A stretch of 49,332 bases of DNA from a virus (Duplodnaviria > Caudoviricetes). Numbering within the stretch: position 1 is the first letter of the stretch; each line of letters starts with the position of its first letter. The stretch lies in IMG/VR virus record IMGVR_UViG_3300025451_000018, positions 1-49,332 of that record; one strand, given 5' to 3'. The position numbers and the translations under genes are program-made. Shown piece by piece: positions 19,009-27,950 of this stretch. Under the pieces are notes generated by a model. That model saw nothing but the letters and a program-made list of their open reading frames with translations. It was not told the origin of the DNA and ran no database searches.

Positions 19009-20991
19009 TTGGTGGAGTCCAACACCGTAGTTGAACTCGAAGGCGTCAACGGTGAGACGTTTAACTTGACCACCGGGGATAAAGGCGTGTACCTGGCGAC
19101 AGACGTTAAGGGCGCGTTCTACGATCCTCCGGTCAAGTGTGTGTACGAGGAGCCCGGTAACTATCCGGGCGCTCGCTACCTCAATCACCGTGTGCTGCGC
19201 CGGGATATCACGTTCGGTGTGGAGATCCTGAATGATGCTGCGTCAGGGTCGAACTCGTGGCTGTCGAGGGACTCTCAGTGGCGTAAGGCGTGGGCGTTCG
19301 ACCGGGATTGCAAGCTGAAGGTGACCACTCCCGGTTCGGGCACCCGCTACCTGAAGTTGCGGCTGCTGGAATCCCCCGACGTGGACATGTATCACGATCC
19401 GCAGATGCGGGAAGTGAACCGGACTGTGATGGTCTGTGTCGCTGGAGATCCGTTCTGGTATGGGGATGACGCCGTCTATACGGCGACTACCGCGACGAAC
19501 ACCACGTTCGATCCGAACCCGCTGCCGTGGCCCTGGCCGCAGGCTGGGCTGCCTACGGAGAATCTGACGATCACGGTTCCGACGTGTAATCCGACTGATC
19601 AGTACATCTTCCCGAAGTGGACTGTTCCCGGTTCGACGTATGCGCCGGCAGAGCCGTATGTGCCGGGGCTCCCTTGGTTGGGGGCCCCGAAGTCGAGGGC
19701 GACTATCTGGACGATCCCGGACTACTCGTTCGAGGATTCGACTATGGCAACCCGCCGTGTGCGGATGCCCGGTCTGATCGGCGGTCTTCGGACCGACGAG
19801 GTTCAGTGTTTCAACCTCGACGGCATCATCGGGTCTGGCACGTTCACCTTGACACTAGGTAGCGAGACTACCGGTGCGTTGGCGTGGAACGCTTCTACCG
19901 CCGCTGTGAAGGCGGCGCTGGAAGCACTGGCTGCTGTGGCCTACGACGATGTAGAAGTCACGATGGGCCCTGTCACTAGGGAGACTCAGGTTCTCCAGAT
20001 AGACGGGGCTACAGGCGGTACTTTCACGCTGTCTTTCGGTGGGTACACCACGTCCCCGATTCCGTTCAACGCATCCGATGCACAGATCTACAGCGCCTTG
20101 GTGGCGCTGCCGTCGATCGGTTTGTTCGACGTGTCGGTGAAGTCGAAGATCTCGAACGAGGTTCAGGTTGTCACTCTGACGGGTGAGCCTACGGGTGGCA
20201 CGTTCAAGCTAGGGTTCGACGGGTCGTGGACTGATCCGATCGCCTACAACGCTAGCCCGTTGGAGGTGTGGAACAAGCTGACCGGTATCGGTCCGATCGA
20301 CACCAATGACATCAACGTCAACCAAGAGTGGTGGAAGAAGTACGCGCCGTGGACGATCGGGTTCAGCCGGCCGCTCCTGGCGGCTGGCGCTTACGAAGGT
20401 GTGAATGTTCCGACGTTGGTCGGTGACCCAGACGGGCTTATCGGCGGTGCCGGTATGGACGTTGTTGTGTCTACGCAGACGCAGGGTTCACGCCCGTACG
20501 TGATCAAGTTCGGCGGTACTCGCTCCGGGCAGAACGTCCCGGAGCTTGTCGTGAACGGGGCCGGCTTGACCCGTGGTGATTCCACGGCACCGGCTCCTGA
20601 GGCGAAGGTACACACCGACATTCCGGGCTCCCACCCGTACGTGGTGCGGTTCCGTAACAACTTGTCGGGCCAGAGCTTCCCGCTGTTGACGGTGAACACC
20701 GGCAGCCTTTCCGGCTACGGGACTGTCAGCTCGCGGGTGTGGAAGACGGTGGTCGGCTACACAGCCCCTGCGGAGAACTGCGTTATCGACGCAGATCCTC
20801 GTGTGGAGCAAGTGGTTTCGGAGTCTGGGTCCACTCTGTGGGCCAGGATGAACGGTGTCAGGTTCAGGCATCCGATCCCGCCGTACACCGGCTCGAAGAC
20901 GTTCACGGTGACCGTATCCGGTTGTGTCGCAGGGCAGATGATCTCGTTGAGGCTTCCTCGACCGTGGTCGCGTCCTTGGGGATTGGAGTGA
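19009..20991 (+). CDS. Minor tail protein (distal tail/Dit-like) with three inserted repeat domains
   Basis: Follows tape measure; VELEGVNGE N-terminus and LRLPRPWSRPWGLE C-terminus; three G(G/S)TFxL..YNAS-type repeats. Confidence 0.85.
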   Translation: MVESNTVVELEGVNGETFNLTTGDKGVYLATDVKGAFYDPPVKCVYEEPGNYPGARYLNHRVLRRDITFGVEILNDAASGSNSWLSRDSQWRKAWAFDRDCKLKVTTPGSGTRYLKLRLLESPDVDMYHDPQMREVNRTVMVCVAGDPFWYGDDAVYTATTATNTTFDPNPLPWPWPQAGLPTENLTITVPTCNPTDQYIFPKWTVPGSTYAPAEPYVPGLPWLGAPKSRATIWTIPDYSFEDSTMATRRVRMPGLIGGLRTDEVQCFNLDGIIGSGTFTLTLGSETTGALAWNASTAAVKAALEALAAVAYDDVEVTMGPVTRETQVLQIDGATGGTFTLSFGGYTTSPIPFNASDAQIYSALVALPSIGLFDVSVKSKISNEVQVVTLTGEPTGGTFKLGFDGSWTDPIAYNASPLEVWNKLTGIGPIDTNDINVNQEWWKKYAPWTIGFSRPLLAAGAYEGVNVPTLVGDPDGLIGGAGMDVVVSTQTQGSRPYVIKFGGTRSGQNVPELVVNGAGLTRGDSTAPAPEAKVHTDIPGSHPYVVRFRNNLSGQSFPLLTVNTGSLSGYGTVSSRVWKTVVGYTAPAENCVIDADPRVEQVVSESGSTLWARMNGVRFRHPIPPYTGSKTFTVTVSGCVAGQMISLRLPRPWSRPWGLE

Positions 20992-20994
20992 GTC

Positions 20995-21198
20995 GTGGTC
21001 CGTTACACGCTGAGGATCTTGGGATTCCCTATCGTCTCCCTTGACACCGAACGGTTTGAGTATGTCGATGAGGTTGAGTCCCCCGCTGTCGGCGGGGGCT
21101 CTGCCCACAACTTCGAGCGGGACTTCGAGCCACTGAGTCCCACCTCCCACCACGAGTGGGAGTGGGAGGACAAGAAGAAGGGGTTCGGTTTCGGATGA
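20995..21198 (+). CDS. Small hypothetical protein
   Basis: 67 aa, GGGSAHNFERD; overlaps the next start (ATGA). Confidence 0.6.
   Translation: MVRYTLRILGFPIVSLDTERFEYVDEVESPAVGGGSAHNFERDFEPLSPTSHHEWEWEDKKKGFGFG
21040..21052 (-). promoter_or_regulatory. Stoperator-like site (1 mismatch)
   Basis: CTTGACACCGAAC on +. Confidence 0.6.
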
Positions 21199-22982
21199 GT
21201 TTGACAACACTCGAACACCACGAGCGTGTTTGGGATTACGCAGAGACTCGCCGCCTTAAGCGGGAGAAAGATCGCCTGGCCCCGCCGCTAGTTCGGCTGT
21301 GGGATGGGGATTATCGCCTGCGGGGTATTTGCGCCGGCTGGCGTGAAATAGAGTTCGAGTTTATCGACAATGACGTGGGTACGGCTTCGCTGAAGCTGTC
21401 TCTGGATCATTACATGGCGAAATGGATGATGGATCATAAAGGCCGCACCAAGCGGAATGTCCACATCACCATCGACAAACAAGGTGCTCGCTGGTCAGGG
21501 CGTATGGATCACTACCGGGTGGTCCGTACAAAAGAAGGTGATACATATATCGAAATCATCTTCAAACACGATTACGAAGAGCTTAAGCACATCCTTTGCT
21601 GGAGCAATCCATTCTTAAGGCCGGAGTTCCAATTTCCGAAATTGTGGATTATTTTCGGACCTGCGAAATGGTGCTTGCTTACTACGCTATTTTGTAATCT
21701 GCTCAGGCTAGAAACTTCTTTATGGACATTGCCCGATAATCCACTCGACATAAACGAATGGATGGGGCCCTCGTTCTGGCCGGGTAACTGGCGTCAGATC
21801 GTCAAGCCGTTCCCGCTCCTGGGGGACAACTCCAACCTGACGGTGGTGTTCTCCCGGTTCAAGAGTTTCTACGACGTGGCGAAGTCGGTTCTGGATGACG
21901 CGCAGCTCTCTATGACCTGCCGGCGTTACATCGTGGACGAGGACCCGCATCCGTTCGGGGATCTCCTCGGGGAGCTGGACAACGCGGTTGTCGAGGATCT
22001 GTTCACGATGATCCCGCTCCGCAACGGCTGCCTCGTGTGGGACATAGTCGATCGCAGCGGCTGGGGCACCGGCACAGCGTTCGGTGGCAGTCTCCTGGTC
22101 GGTCTGGTCCGGGCGGTTGTCGAGATCGCCTCTGACGGCACGACAGAAGGCATCGACGTATTCACCGGAGATCCGACTTTCCCTGGCGAGTACTACATTC
22201 CAGGCTTCTTGGGGACCAATCCCCAAGCGCCGTGGGTGGTATTCGAAGAGGGACAGTTCACCGGTATCGAATCGTCTGAGTTCGTCTTCTACGAGGCGAC
22301 TGACACGTCTGTGGTGCTCGGTGGGGCCAGTATGCCCGGAATCAACGAGGGTATATCCACAGGGATCAACATGGCAGGTGACTTCCTGACCTCGATGATC
22401 AACTCCTACATGGCCCCAACGGGGCCTGTCGGTGGTGCTATCGACCTCCCACCTCTGGGCGGCGTAATGGACGCTGTCGCAAAGGTTTTCTACGAGGACG
22501 TGATCGCAGCGTTCATGGAGTTCCCCAGCCTTCGGGCTGCCTCGCTGCCCCTGCCGATCGCAGGGCTTGAGGATGGGACAACCTCTCTCGGGGACTTCCA
22601 CTACTACGAGGGTTGGGCTGACGGTGCAGACCGTGCGTTCACTATCTCGGCGCTGGCAGCGGCCAGGGCGAAGTTCTATGAGACACGCGCCAGGACGGCG
22701 CACACCATCAAAATCTCGGACGCCTGCCCCTACTACATCGGGGAAAAAGGCTACGGGGACTTCTGGGTTGGTGATCGCGTAGCGACTTCGGTCCTAGGCA
22801 ACCCGGTTGAACATCAGCTCTTTGTGGAGCGTGTCAACAAAGTGAAGTACCAGTGGGACAACAACGGACCGTCTGGTTGGACGTTGGAGATCGGCCGGCG
22901 TGAGCCGAAGGACCCGTCTCTGAAGTTGTTCGAGAAGGTTCGCGACATCAACAGTTCGCTGTCCCAGCTTGGTGTTTGGTAA
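21195..22982 (+). CDS. Minor tail protein (baseplate hub, L5 gp28-like)
   Basis: PPLVRLWDGDY...ITIDKQGARWSG...NPFLRPEFQFPKLW. Confidence 0.85.
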   Translation: MSLTTLEHHERVWDYAETRRLKREKDRLAPPLVRLWDGDYRLRGICAGWREIEFEFIDNDVGTASLKLSLDHYMAKWMMDHKGRTKRNVHITIDKQGARWSGRMDHYRVVRTKEGDTYIEIIFKHDYEELKHILCWSNPFLRPEFQFPKLWIIFGPAKWCLLTTLFCNLLRLETSLWTLPDNPLDINEWMGPSFWPGNWRQIVKPFPLLGDNSNLTVVFSRFKSFYDVAKSVLDDAQLSMTCRRYIVDEDPHPFGDLLGELDNAVVEDLFTMIPLRNGCLVWDIVDRSGWGTGTAFGGSLLVGLVRAVVEIASDGTTEGIDVFTGDPTFPGEYYIPGFLGTNPQAPWVVFEEGQFTGIESSEFVFYEATDTSVVLGGASMPGINEGISTGINMAGDFLTSMINSYMAPTGPVGGAIDLPPLGGVMDAVAKVFYEDVIAAFMEFPSLRAASLPLPIAGLEDGTTSLGDFHYYEGWADGADRAFTISALAAARAKFYETRARTAHTIKISDACPYYIGEKGYGDFWVGDRVATSVLGNPVEHQLFVERVNKVKYQWDNNGPSGWTLEIGRREPKDPSLKLFEKVRDINSSLSQLGVW

Positions 22983-23446
22983 CGATTGAAAGGCTCGCCG
23001 TGATTCCAACAAAAGAAGAAGCTGACATGAACAACCCGGAGGAGCATTTCCTCTGGGCCCTAAGGAATATGCCAGCCTTTGCAGGGGCTGGGGTGGTCAC
23101 ACACCCCGGCTTCCTGAGGCAGTGGTCTAGCCACTTGTGGAGTTGCGGCTTCGCTCACAGGGACTACCTGGAGGGGCTTGCCGATGAGGACGGAAACATC
23201 CACGTCAGTAAGCTCCCCAGGCAGGCCATCAAGTTCCAGCCGGCGGTACGTGGGCCCCGGCATGGTTTCAACAATGCGGCTCGCTGGGTGTCTGCTGAGA
23301 CACCTGACCCGGAGCCGATCAATCTCCCAGACATTCGGCAACTCACGATTCAGGAGAACGAGTACATGTTGGAGCAGTACCGCTCCGCAGGCATGATCCC
23401 GACGCCGCCGCCTGGCCCGTCTGTGGCTGAGGCAGTGAATGACTAG
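22976..23446 (+). CDS. Minor tail-region protein (DUF2744-like)
   Basis: PEEHFLWALRNMP...WSSHLWSCGFAH; start uncertain. Confidence 0.7.
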   Translation: MVTIERLAVIPTKEEADMNNPEEHFLWALRNMPAFAGAGVVTHPGFLRQWSSHLWSCGFAHRDYLEGLADEDGNIHVSKLPRQAIKFQPAVRGPRHGFNNAARWVSAETPDPEPINLPDIRQLTIQENEYMLEQYRSAGMIPTPPPGPSVAEAVND

Positions 23447-23457
23447 GAGAGATATTT

Positions 23458-23766
23458 GTGGACTTCCACCCAGACGATGCGTACGACCTAATCGCGTATC
23501 TGATAGTCGGCCTGCCTGCGATCCTCGGTGGTGTCGCAGCCTTCTATGTTCAGCGCCGCGAGCTGAAACATCAACGGGGCATTCAGGAAAAGACGCTGTA
23601 CGAGGTTAAGAACGATCACCGTTCCAACCTCCGGGATGACATAGATGATCTGACTTCCGCTGTGAAAGAAGGGTTCCGCGACTTGACAACGGACGTTGCA
23701 GGTCTGCGTGAGGAGCTGCGTACAGAGCGGATCGAACGAATCGAAGGAGATCGGAGGTCTAGGTGA
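23458..23766 (+). CDS. Membrane protein (DUF2746-like)
   Basis: One TM helix, NDHRSNLRDDID...ELRTERIERIEGD. Confidence 0.7.
   Translation: MDFHPDDAYDLIAYLIVGLPAILGGVAAFYVQRRELKHQRGIQEKTLYEVKNDHRSNLRDDIDDLTSAVKEGFRDLTTDVAGLREELRTERIERIEGDRRSR
23682..23694 (-). promoter_or_regulatory. Stoperator-like site (1 mismatch)
   Basis: CTTGACAACGGAC on +. Confidence 0.6.
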
Positions 23767-26372
23767 CTACACCGCATCAGTCTTCGCCTGACGGTGCCAT
23801 CACCATCGGTGGTGGCGAGTGGATGTACGGGCAGGCGGTCAACGAGGCCACCGCCAGGTCGGCGTTCGAACTGCCGATGCCCACCCCGGACAACATGCTG
23901 GAGCTTCTCCGCGTTGCCCTGGAGATGCTGGACCTCGACACGCTGAAGCCGTTCGCTGAGTTCCTCGGCGTGGTCGATGGTGTGTTTACGAACATCACCG
24001 AAGCGGTCGATGCGATCCTCGGGTCGCTTGTCATCAAGCCGGTCTTGCAGACTGTCGAGGCGTTCACCGAATGGTTGACGGACACGTTCGAGCCGCTGCT
24101 GAATCTGTTCAACGCCTTGGTGAAGATCCTCACCGGGGACTTCTCGGATATCCCCACCGCCCTTGAGGGCGTTGGGACTTGGCTGACGGATCTTATCGGT
24201 TCCATCCCGCTTATCGGGGATATCGTTGAGGCGATCACCGGCATAGCCGGCGGTGCCCTGTCAGATCTGACGGACTGGGCCAACGGTCTCGCGACTCAGA
24301 TCACAGAAGGCATCCAAGGTCTGATCCATGCGCTGACCGGCATCCTGCACGGCGACTTCTCCGATGTCGAGGAGTGGGTTTCCAACCTGGGCTCGCTCGT
24401 GCTTATGGGTGTCAGCAACATCATCGAAGCGATCACCGGCATCGTCGGTGGCACGCTGGAGGATCTCGCTGAGTGGGTGACTACGATCCCGATCGTCGGG
24501 GACATAGTCGAGGCGATCACAGGTGTGTTCGGCAACCTCGGGGATCTCGCTCAGTGGTTCGCTGACAACGTGCTGACGATCCTGTCGGGTCTGCCGGCGT
24601 GGAACTTGATCGGCCAGATCCCGGATGCCGTCATGGGCATCTTGAACATCGGCCACCTGACCACCGAACCGGTGAACCTGCTTCAGCATCCGAACTTCGA
24701 GGATGCTTCTACAGTCGCCGCTGTCGATGGATGGTCTTGGGACAGTACGCAGACCGCCAACTCCATCGGTGGTTCGGCGAAGGTCGTGCTGGACGGATAC
24801 AACAAAGAGTTGAACCACCAGACCGCTGTCCGGGTCGCTCCTGGCGACAAGATGACGGTCGGTGCCAAGTTCAAATCGTCTGGTATCACAGGCACCGGCT
24901 GGAAGGCCGCTGTGTCGGTGATGGAGTACCGCAACGGTGCTATCGCCACCCCGGTGGAGATCGTCTCCCGCACCACCAACTCCGCTAGTTGGGTGCTGCT
25001 GGCCGGGGACTACACAGTCCCCCCGAACGTGTCTTCGGTCGTGTTCCGTCTGACGGTGGAGAACGCCACCTCGGGCACCGCGTGGTTCGATGAACTGAAC
25101 TTCCACAAGTCGGGCATCCTCGAACAGGGCTGGGTTGAGAACCTGCCGAACACCTGGGAGAACTTCTGGGGTGGTTTGGTCGGCACTCCGGGCACCGGTA
25201 AGACGTGGGCCGACATGGGTGATGCCGGGACCACGGTGCGTAACAACGCACTGATAGGGATCTCAGGCGCTAACGCCGCCAACGGCAACCTCCAGACCAC
25301 CTGGAACTCGTTCTACGACGCCCACGCGGGAACGTCGGGGGCTACCGGGCAGACCCCGTCTAGTGCGGCGGCTGCTGCCGGTGGTGTTCGCACTACGGCT
25401 GTCAGTGCTTCCGGCACTGCCTCGACGGCGTACGGCACGGCTACTACCGCGTCCGGGAATGTGCAGGACACCTGGAACAAGTTGTGGGAAGCCGTCTTCG
25501 GTGGTGTGGCTACGGGTAAGACCGCAGCCGACGCTAAGTCGGCGTTGAATGCGACTGCGTCTACAGCGAGTGGTGCCAGCTCTACGGCGTCTACCGCTAG
25601 CGGTGCTGCGTCTACCGCTAATACGAACCTTCAGGACACTTGGAACAAGTTGTTCGATGCGTTCAACGGCACGGCCGGCTCGACCGGCAAGACCGCAACG
25701 CAAGCCAGTACGGCTGGTGGTGGTGTTCGTACTACCGCTACCTCCGCTGCTAGCTCTGCCTCGGCGGCGACTACGAACGCGAACTCGGCGTTGACGAAAG
25801 CGAACGGCATTAACACGACGCTGTTCGGGTCCACCTCGGGTGGCTCTACCGTCACCCAAGGCGCGTTACCGCTGACTACGATCCTGCCTACGTCAGGCTC
25901 GGGTGCTCAGATCAGCCGTAGGAACACCACCAACGTCAACGGGGCCACTGGCCGGTTGCTGTTCCCTACCGGGTTCTTCGACTACCAGGATCGGGCTTCG
26001 TCCAACATCACCACCACCTTGAGCGAGGGCAAGTTCACTGTCTCTGAATCTGGTTGGTACATGGTGGAGTTGGCCTTCCGGTTGAACCCGACGATCTCGT
26101 TCGGGTTCAGTGTGGCCCCGTTGTTGTTCAAGGGCACATCGTCCTCGCAGTCTCCGTTCAAGATCGGCAATGACGCGATCATGGGCACTTGGGGCTTCGG
26201 CTCTATGGGTAACCGTTACGCGAACTCGTCGTGGATCGTTTACCTGAACGCCGGCGAGGCTGTACGCGCCGGCTATGACGGCAGCGGTACTGGCGTGGAC
26301 ATCTTCGACGCTGACGCATCGGGCATCGAAACGTATTTCTCTATTTCGATGATGAACAAGAGCTTCGCCTAA
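23763..26372 (+). CDS. Minor tail protein (possible receptor-binding), multi-repeat
   Basis: MTTPHQSSPDGA start, amphipathic IVEAITG repeats, CBM-like NLLQHPNFE...WFDEL domain, Ala/Thr/Ser-rich repeats, C1q-like C-terminus. Confidence 0.8.
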   Translation: MTTPHQSSPDGAITIGGGEWMYGQAVNEATARSAFELPMPTPDNMLELLRVALEMLDLDTLKPFAEFLGVVDGVFTNITEAVDAILGSLVIKPVLQTVEAFTEWLTDTFEPLLNLFNALVKILTGDFSDIPTALEGVGTWLTDLIGSIPLIGDIVEAITGIAGGALSDLTDWANGLATQITEGIQGLIHALTGILHGDFSDVEEWVSNLGSLVLMGVSNIIEAITGIVGGTLEDLAEWVTTIPIVGDIVEAITGVFGNLGDLAQWFADNVLTILSGLPAWNLIGQIPDAVMGILNIGHLTTEPVNLLQHPNFEDASTVAAVDGWSWDSTQTANSIGGSAKVVLDGYNKELNHQTAVRVAPGDKMTVGAKFKSSGITGTGWKAAVSVMEYRNGAIATPVEIVSRTTNSASWVLLAGDYTVPPNVSSVVFRLTVENATSGTAWFDELNFHKSGILEQGWVENLPNTWENFWGGLVGTPGTGKTWADMGDAGTTVRNNALIGISGANAANGNLQTTWNSFYDAHAGTSGATGQTPSSAAAAAGGVRTTAVSASGTASTAYGTATTASGNVQDTWNKLWEAVFGGVATGKTAADAKSALNATASTASGASSTASTASGAASTANTNLQDTWNKLFDAFNGTAGSTGKTATQASTAGGGVRTTATSAASSASAATTNANSALTKANGINTTLFGSTSGGSTVTQGALPLTTILPTSGSGAQISRRNTTNVNGATGRLLFPTGFFDYQDRASSNITTTLSEGKFTVSESGWYMVELAFRLNPTISFGFSVAPLLFKGTSSSQSPFKIGNDAIMGTWGFGSMGNRYANSSWIVYLNAGEAVRAGYDGSGTGVDIFDADASGIETYFSISMMNKSFA

Positions 26373-26376
26373 GGAG

Positions 26377-26574
26377 TTGAGTATGGCCGACGCCAACCAC
26401 ATCAAACGCAACCCCGTCACGGGGGCTGTGGCTATCAGAACCGACTTCCCCGACGAACCGGCTACCGCGCATATGACGTGGCTTGTAGCCACTTCGGATA
26501 TCGGTGTTTCACACCACTCTTCGGAGCAGGTCGCTGATTGGGAAGATCTCTACATTCCGGGAGGAACAGAATGA
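26377..26574 (+). CDS. Small tail-module protein, paralogue 1
   Basis: HIKRNPVTGAVAIRTDF; AAGGAG RBS; start may be ATG 26383. Confidence 0.7.
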   Translation: MSMADANHIKRNPVTGAVAIRTDFPDEPATAHMTWLVATSDIGVSHHSSEQVADWEDLYIPGGTE

Positions 26575-26771
26575 GCGAGTACGCAGAAGGACATGTGAAG
26601 CGGAACCCGGAGACGGGTGCTGTCGCACTTCGAACCCACTTCGCTGACAACGCGGATTTCGCGAACATGACGTGGCTGGTTTCCACCACGGTTCACGGTC
26701 CGTCGAACGTCGGCACCGCCGCCGTCGATGCTTGGGACGATCTGTTCGTCCCGCCGGCTGTCGATGGCTAA
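26571..26771 (+). CDS. Small tail-module protein, paralogue 2
   Basis: HVKRNPETGAVALRTHF; GGAGG RBS. Confidence 0.7.
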   Translation: MSEYAEGHVKRNPETGAVALRTHFADNADFANMTWLVSTTVHGPSNVGTAAVDAWDDLFVPPAVDG

Positions 26772-27675
26772 GCCGGTATTCCTCTACGCGACTGGCACAG
26801 CGTTTCTGACGCAGGTTCTCGGGGTCAACCTGGCCCCGATCGGGGGCGGTCCCGGAAATACGATTGTCGCCAACGGCAAGAAGTACTTCATGGACTACAT
26901 CACCAACGATCCGTTCTGGCTGATGTTGGACAACCAGATTTGGGATGCCCGGAAGATTCCGTATCCCGCTTCGGCTTGGCCTATGTCGGCGTCTATCGCC
27001 AGTGGCGTGGGCATGGTGAAGGCAGCGATCAACGCGCTGCCCTCTGGTACCCCGTTCTGTTTGGGCGGCTACAGCCAGGGCGCAGCCGTGATGAGCGACG
27101 TGTACGACGCTCTGAGGACCGGGGACATGACCTCGAAGGCCAGCCAGTTCAAGGGCGCGGTCTTGTTCGGGAACCCTCGGCGGCAAGAGGATTTCACCGC
27201 TCCGGGTGTTACGTGGTCCGGTGCAGCCGGCCAAGCCGGAACCACCACAGGTGGATCTGGTTGCTTCCCAACCCGACTCGCATCGTGTGAGTACGGGAAG
27301 TGGAACGAGTACGTCAACTACGACGAGGTGATCGCCGCGATCGGCACCGACACCAACGGTGCCGGTTTCCGTTCTCTGGTTGGTTGGTTGACGGGTCTGT
27401 CTGATCCGATCACCGCCATCAGCGGTGCTCTGTCCGGGACGTGGTCTGCTGGCCTAGCCCTGGCTCAGGCGACCGGGGACTTCGGCCATGTGCGGTATCC
27501 GATGTCGGCTCCGCTGACTGGTCCCACGACGGTGACGGGTACGAAGACCTCGTACGAGCTAGCGTTGGACTTCCTCGCTACGGTCGCTACCGATGTGTCG
27601 GCAGGTCCGATCCTGCCGGCTACCCATCCGTCTCTGAACCATCCTTGGACGATCGTTCGTCCGTCTGCTGCATAG
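26764..27675 (+). CDS. Cutinase-like alpha/beta hydrolase (LysB-like catalytic fold)
   Basis: YPAS..PM...GGYSQGA nucleophile elbow, LFGNPRR, late GHVRY His. Confidence 0.8.
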   Translation: MAKPVFLYATGTAFLTQVLGVNLAPIGGGPGNTIVANGKKYFMDYITNDPFWLMLDNQIWDARKIPYPASAWPMSASIASGVGMVKAAINALPSGTPFCLGGYSQGAAVMSDVYDALRTGDMTSKASQFKGAVLFGNPRRQEDFTAPGVTWSGAAGQAGTTTGGSGCFPTRLASCEYGKWNEYVNYDEVIAAIGTDTNGAGFRSLVGWLTGLSDPITAISGALSGTWSAGLALAQATGDFGHVRYPMSAPLTGPTTVTGTKTSYELALDFLATVATDVSAGPILPATHPSLNHPWTIVRPSAA

Positions 27676-27679
27676 CGAA

Positions 27680-27862
27680 TTAGCCCCCCTCTTCGGAGGG
27701 GGGCTTTTTTGCGTTGAGGAGGTCTGCCGCTTCGGCCGGCTCGAAGAGATTCCCTTCGATCGCGTTCCCCGCGATCTTGCGGATCTGGAATCGGATGCCT
27801 GACTTGATCAGCAGAGCCCTCCGCTCTGCAATGTCTGACATAGCCCACTTGTCAGCACATAT
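27680..27862 (-). pseudogene. Probable C-terminal remnant of a large serine integrase
   Basis: Minus frame reads ICADKWAMSDIAERRALLIKSGIRFQIRKIAGNAIEGNLFEPAEAADLLNAKKPPSEEGG*, closed upstream by TAA at 27865; resembles (from memory) C-termini of actinophage serine integrases; sits in the integration-cassette slot. Confidence 0.6.
27682..27710 (+). terminator. Intrinsic terminator ending the left arm
   Basis: AGCCCCCCTC-TTCG-GAGGGGGGCT followed by a T-run. Confidence 0.9.
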
Positions 27863-27887
27863 TTAGTTAGCAGGGCTAAACTAATTT
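27861..27887. other. AT-rich imperfect palindrome, candidate attP remnant
   Basis: ATTTAGTTAGC-AGG-GCTAAACTAATTT between the integrase relic and the leftward terminator. Confidence 0.45.
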
Positions 27888-27893
27888 AGGCAC

Positions 27894-27927
27894 AAAAAAA
27901 GCCCCCCAGCCCGAAGGCCAGGGGGCA
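27894..27927 (-). terminator. Intrinsic terminator ending the right-arm leftward operon
   Basis: AAAAAAA-GCCCCC...GGGGGC (U-tract on the minus strand). Confidence 0.8.
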
Positions 27928-27950
27928 ATTCTTGCTATCTGCGCAAGCTG

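Noticed and set aside
15733-19188. Long antisense ORFs over the tape measure gene (and similarly over polA and nrdJ)
   Set aside because: Expected in high-GC3 genes, where the antisense strand is stop-poor; no motifs.
27465-27848. 127-aa minus-strand ORF from the ORF track
   Set aside because: Crosses the terminator and runs antisense into the hydrolase. The adjacent frame (27680-27862) is the more protein-like one.
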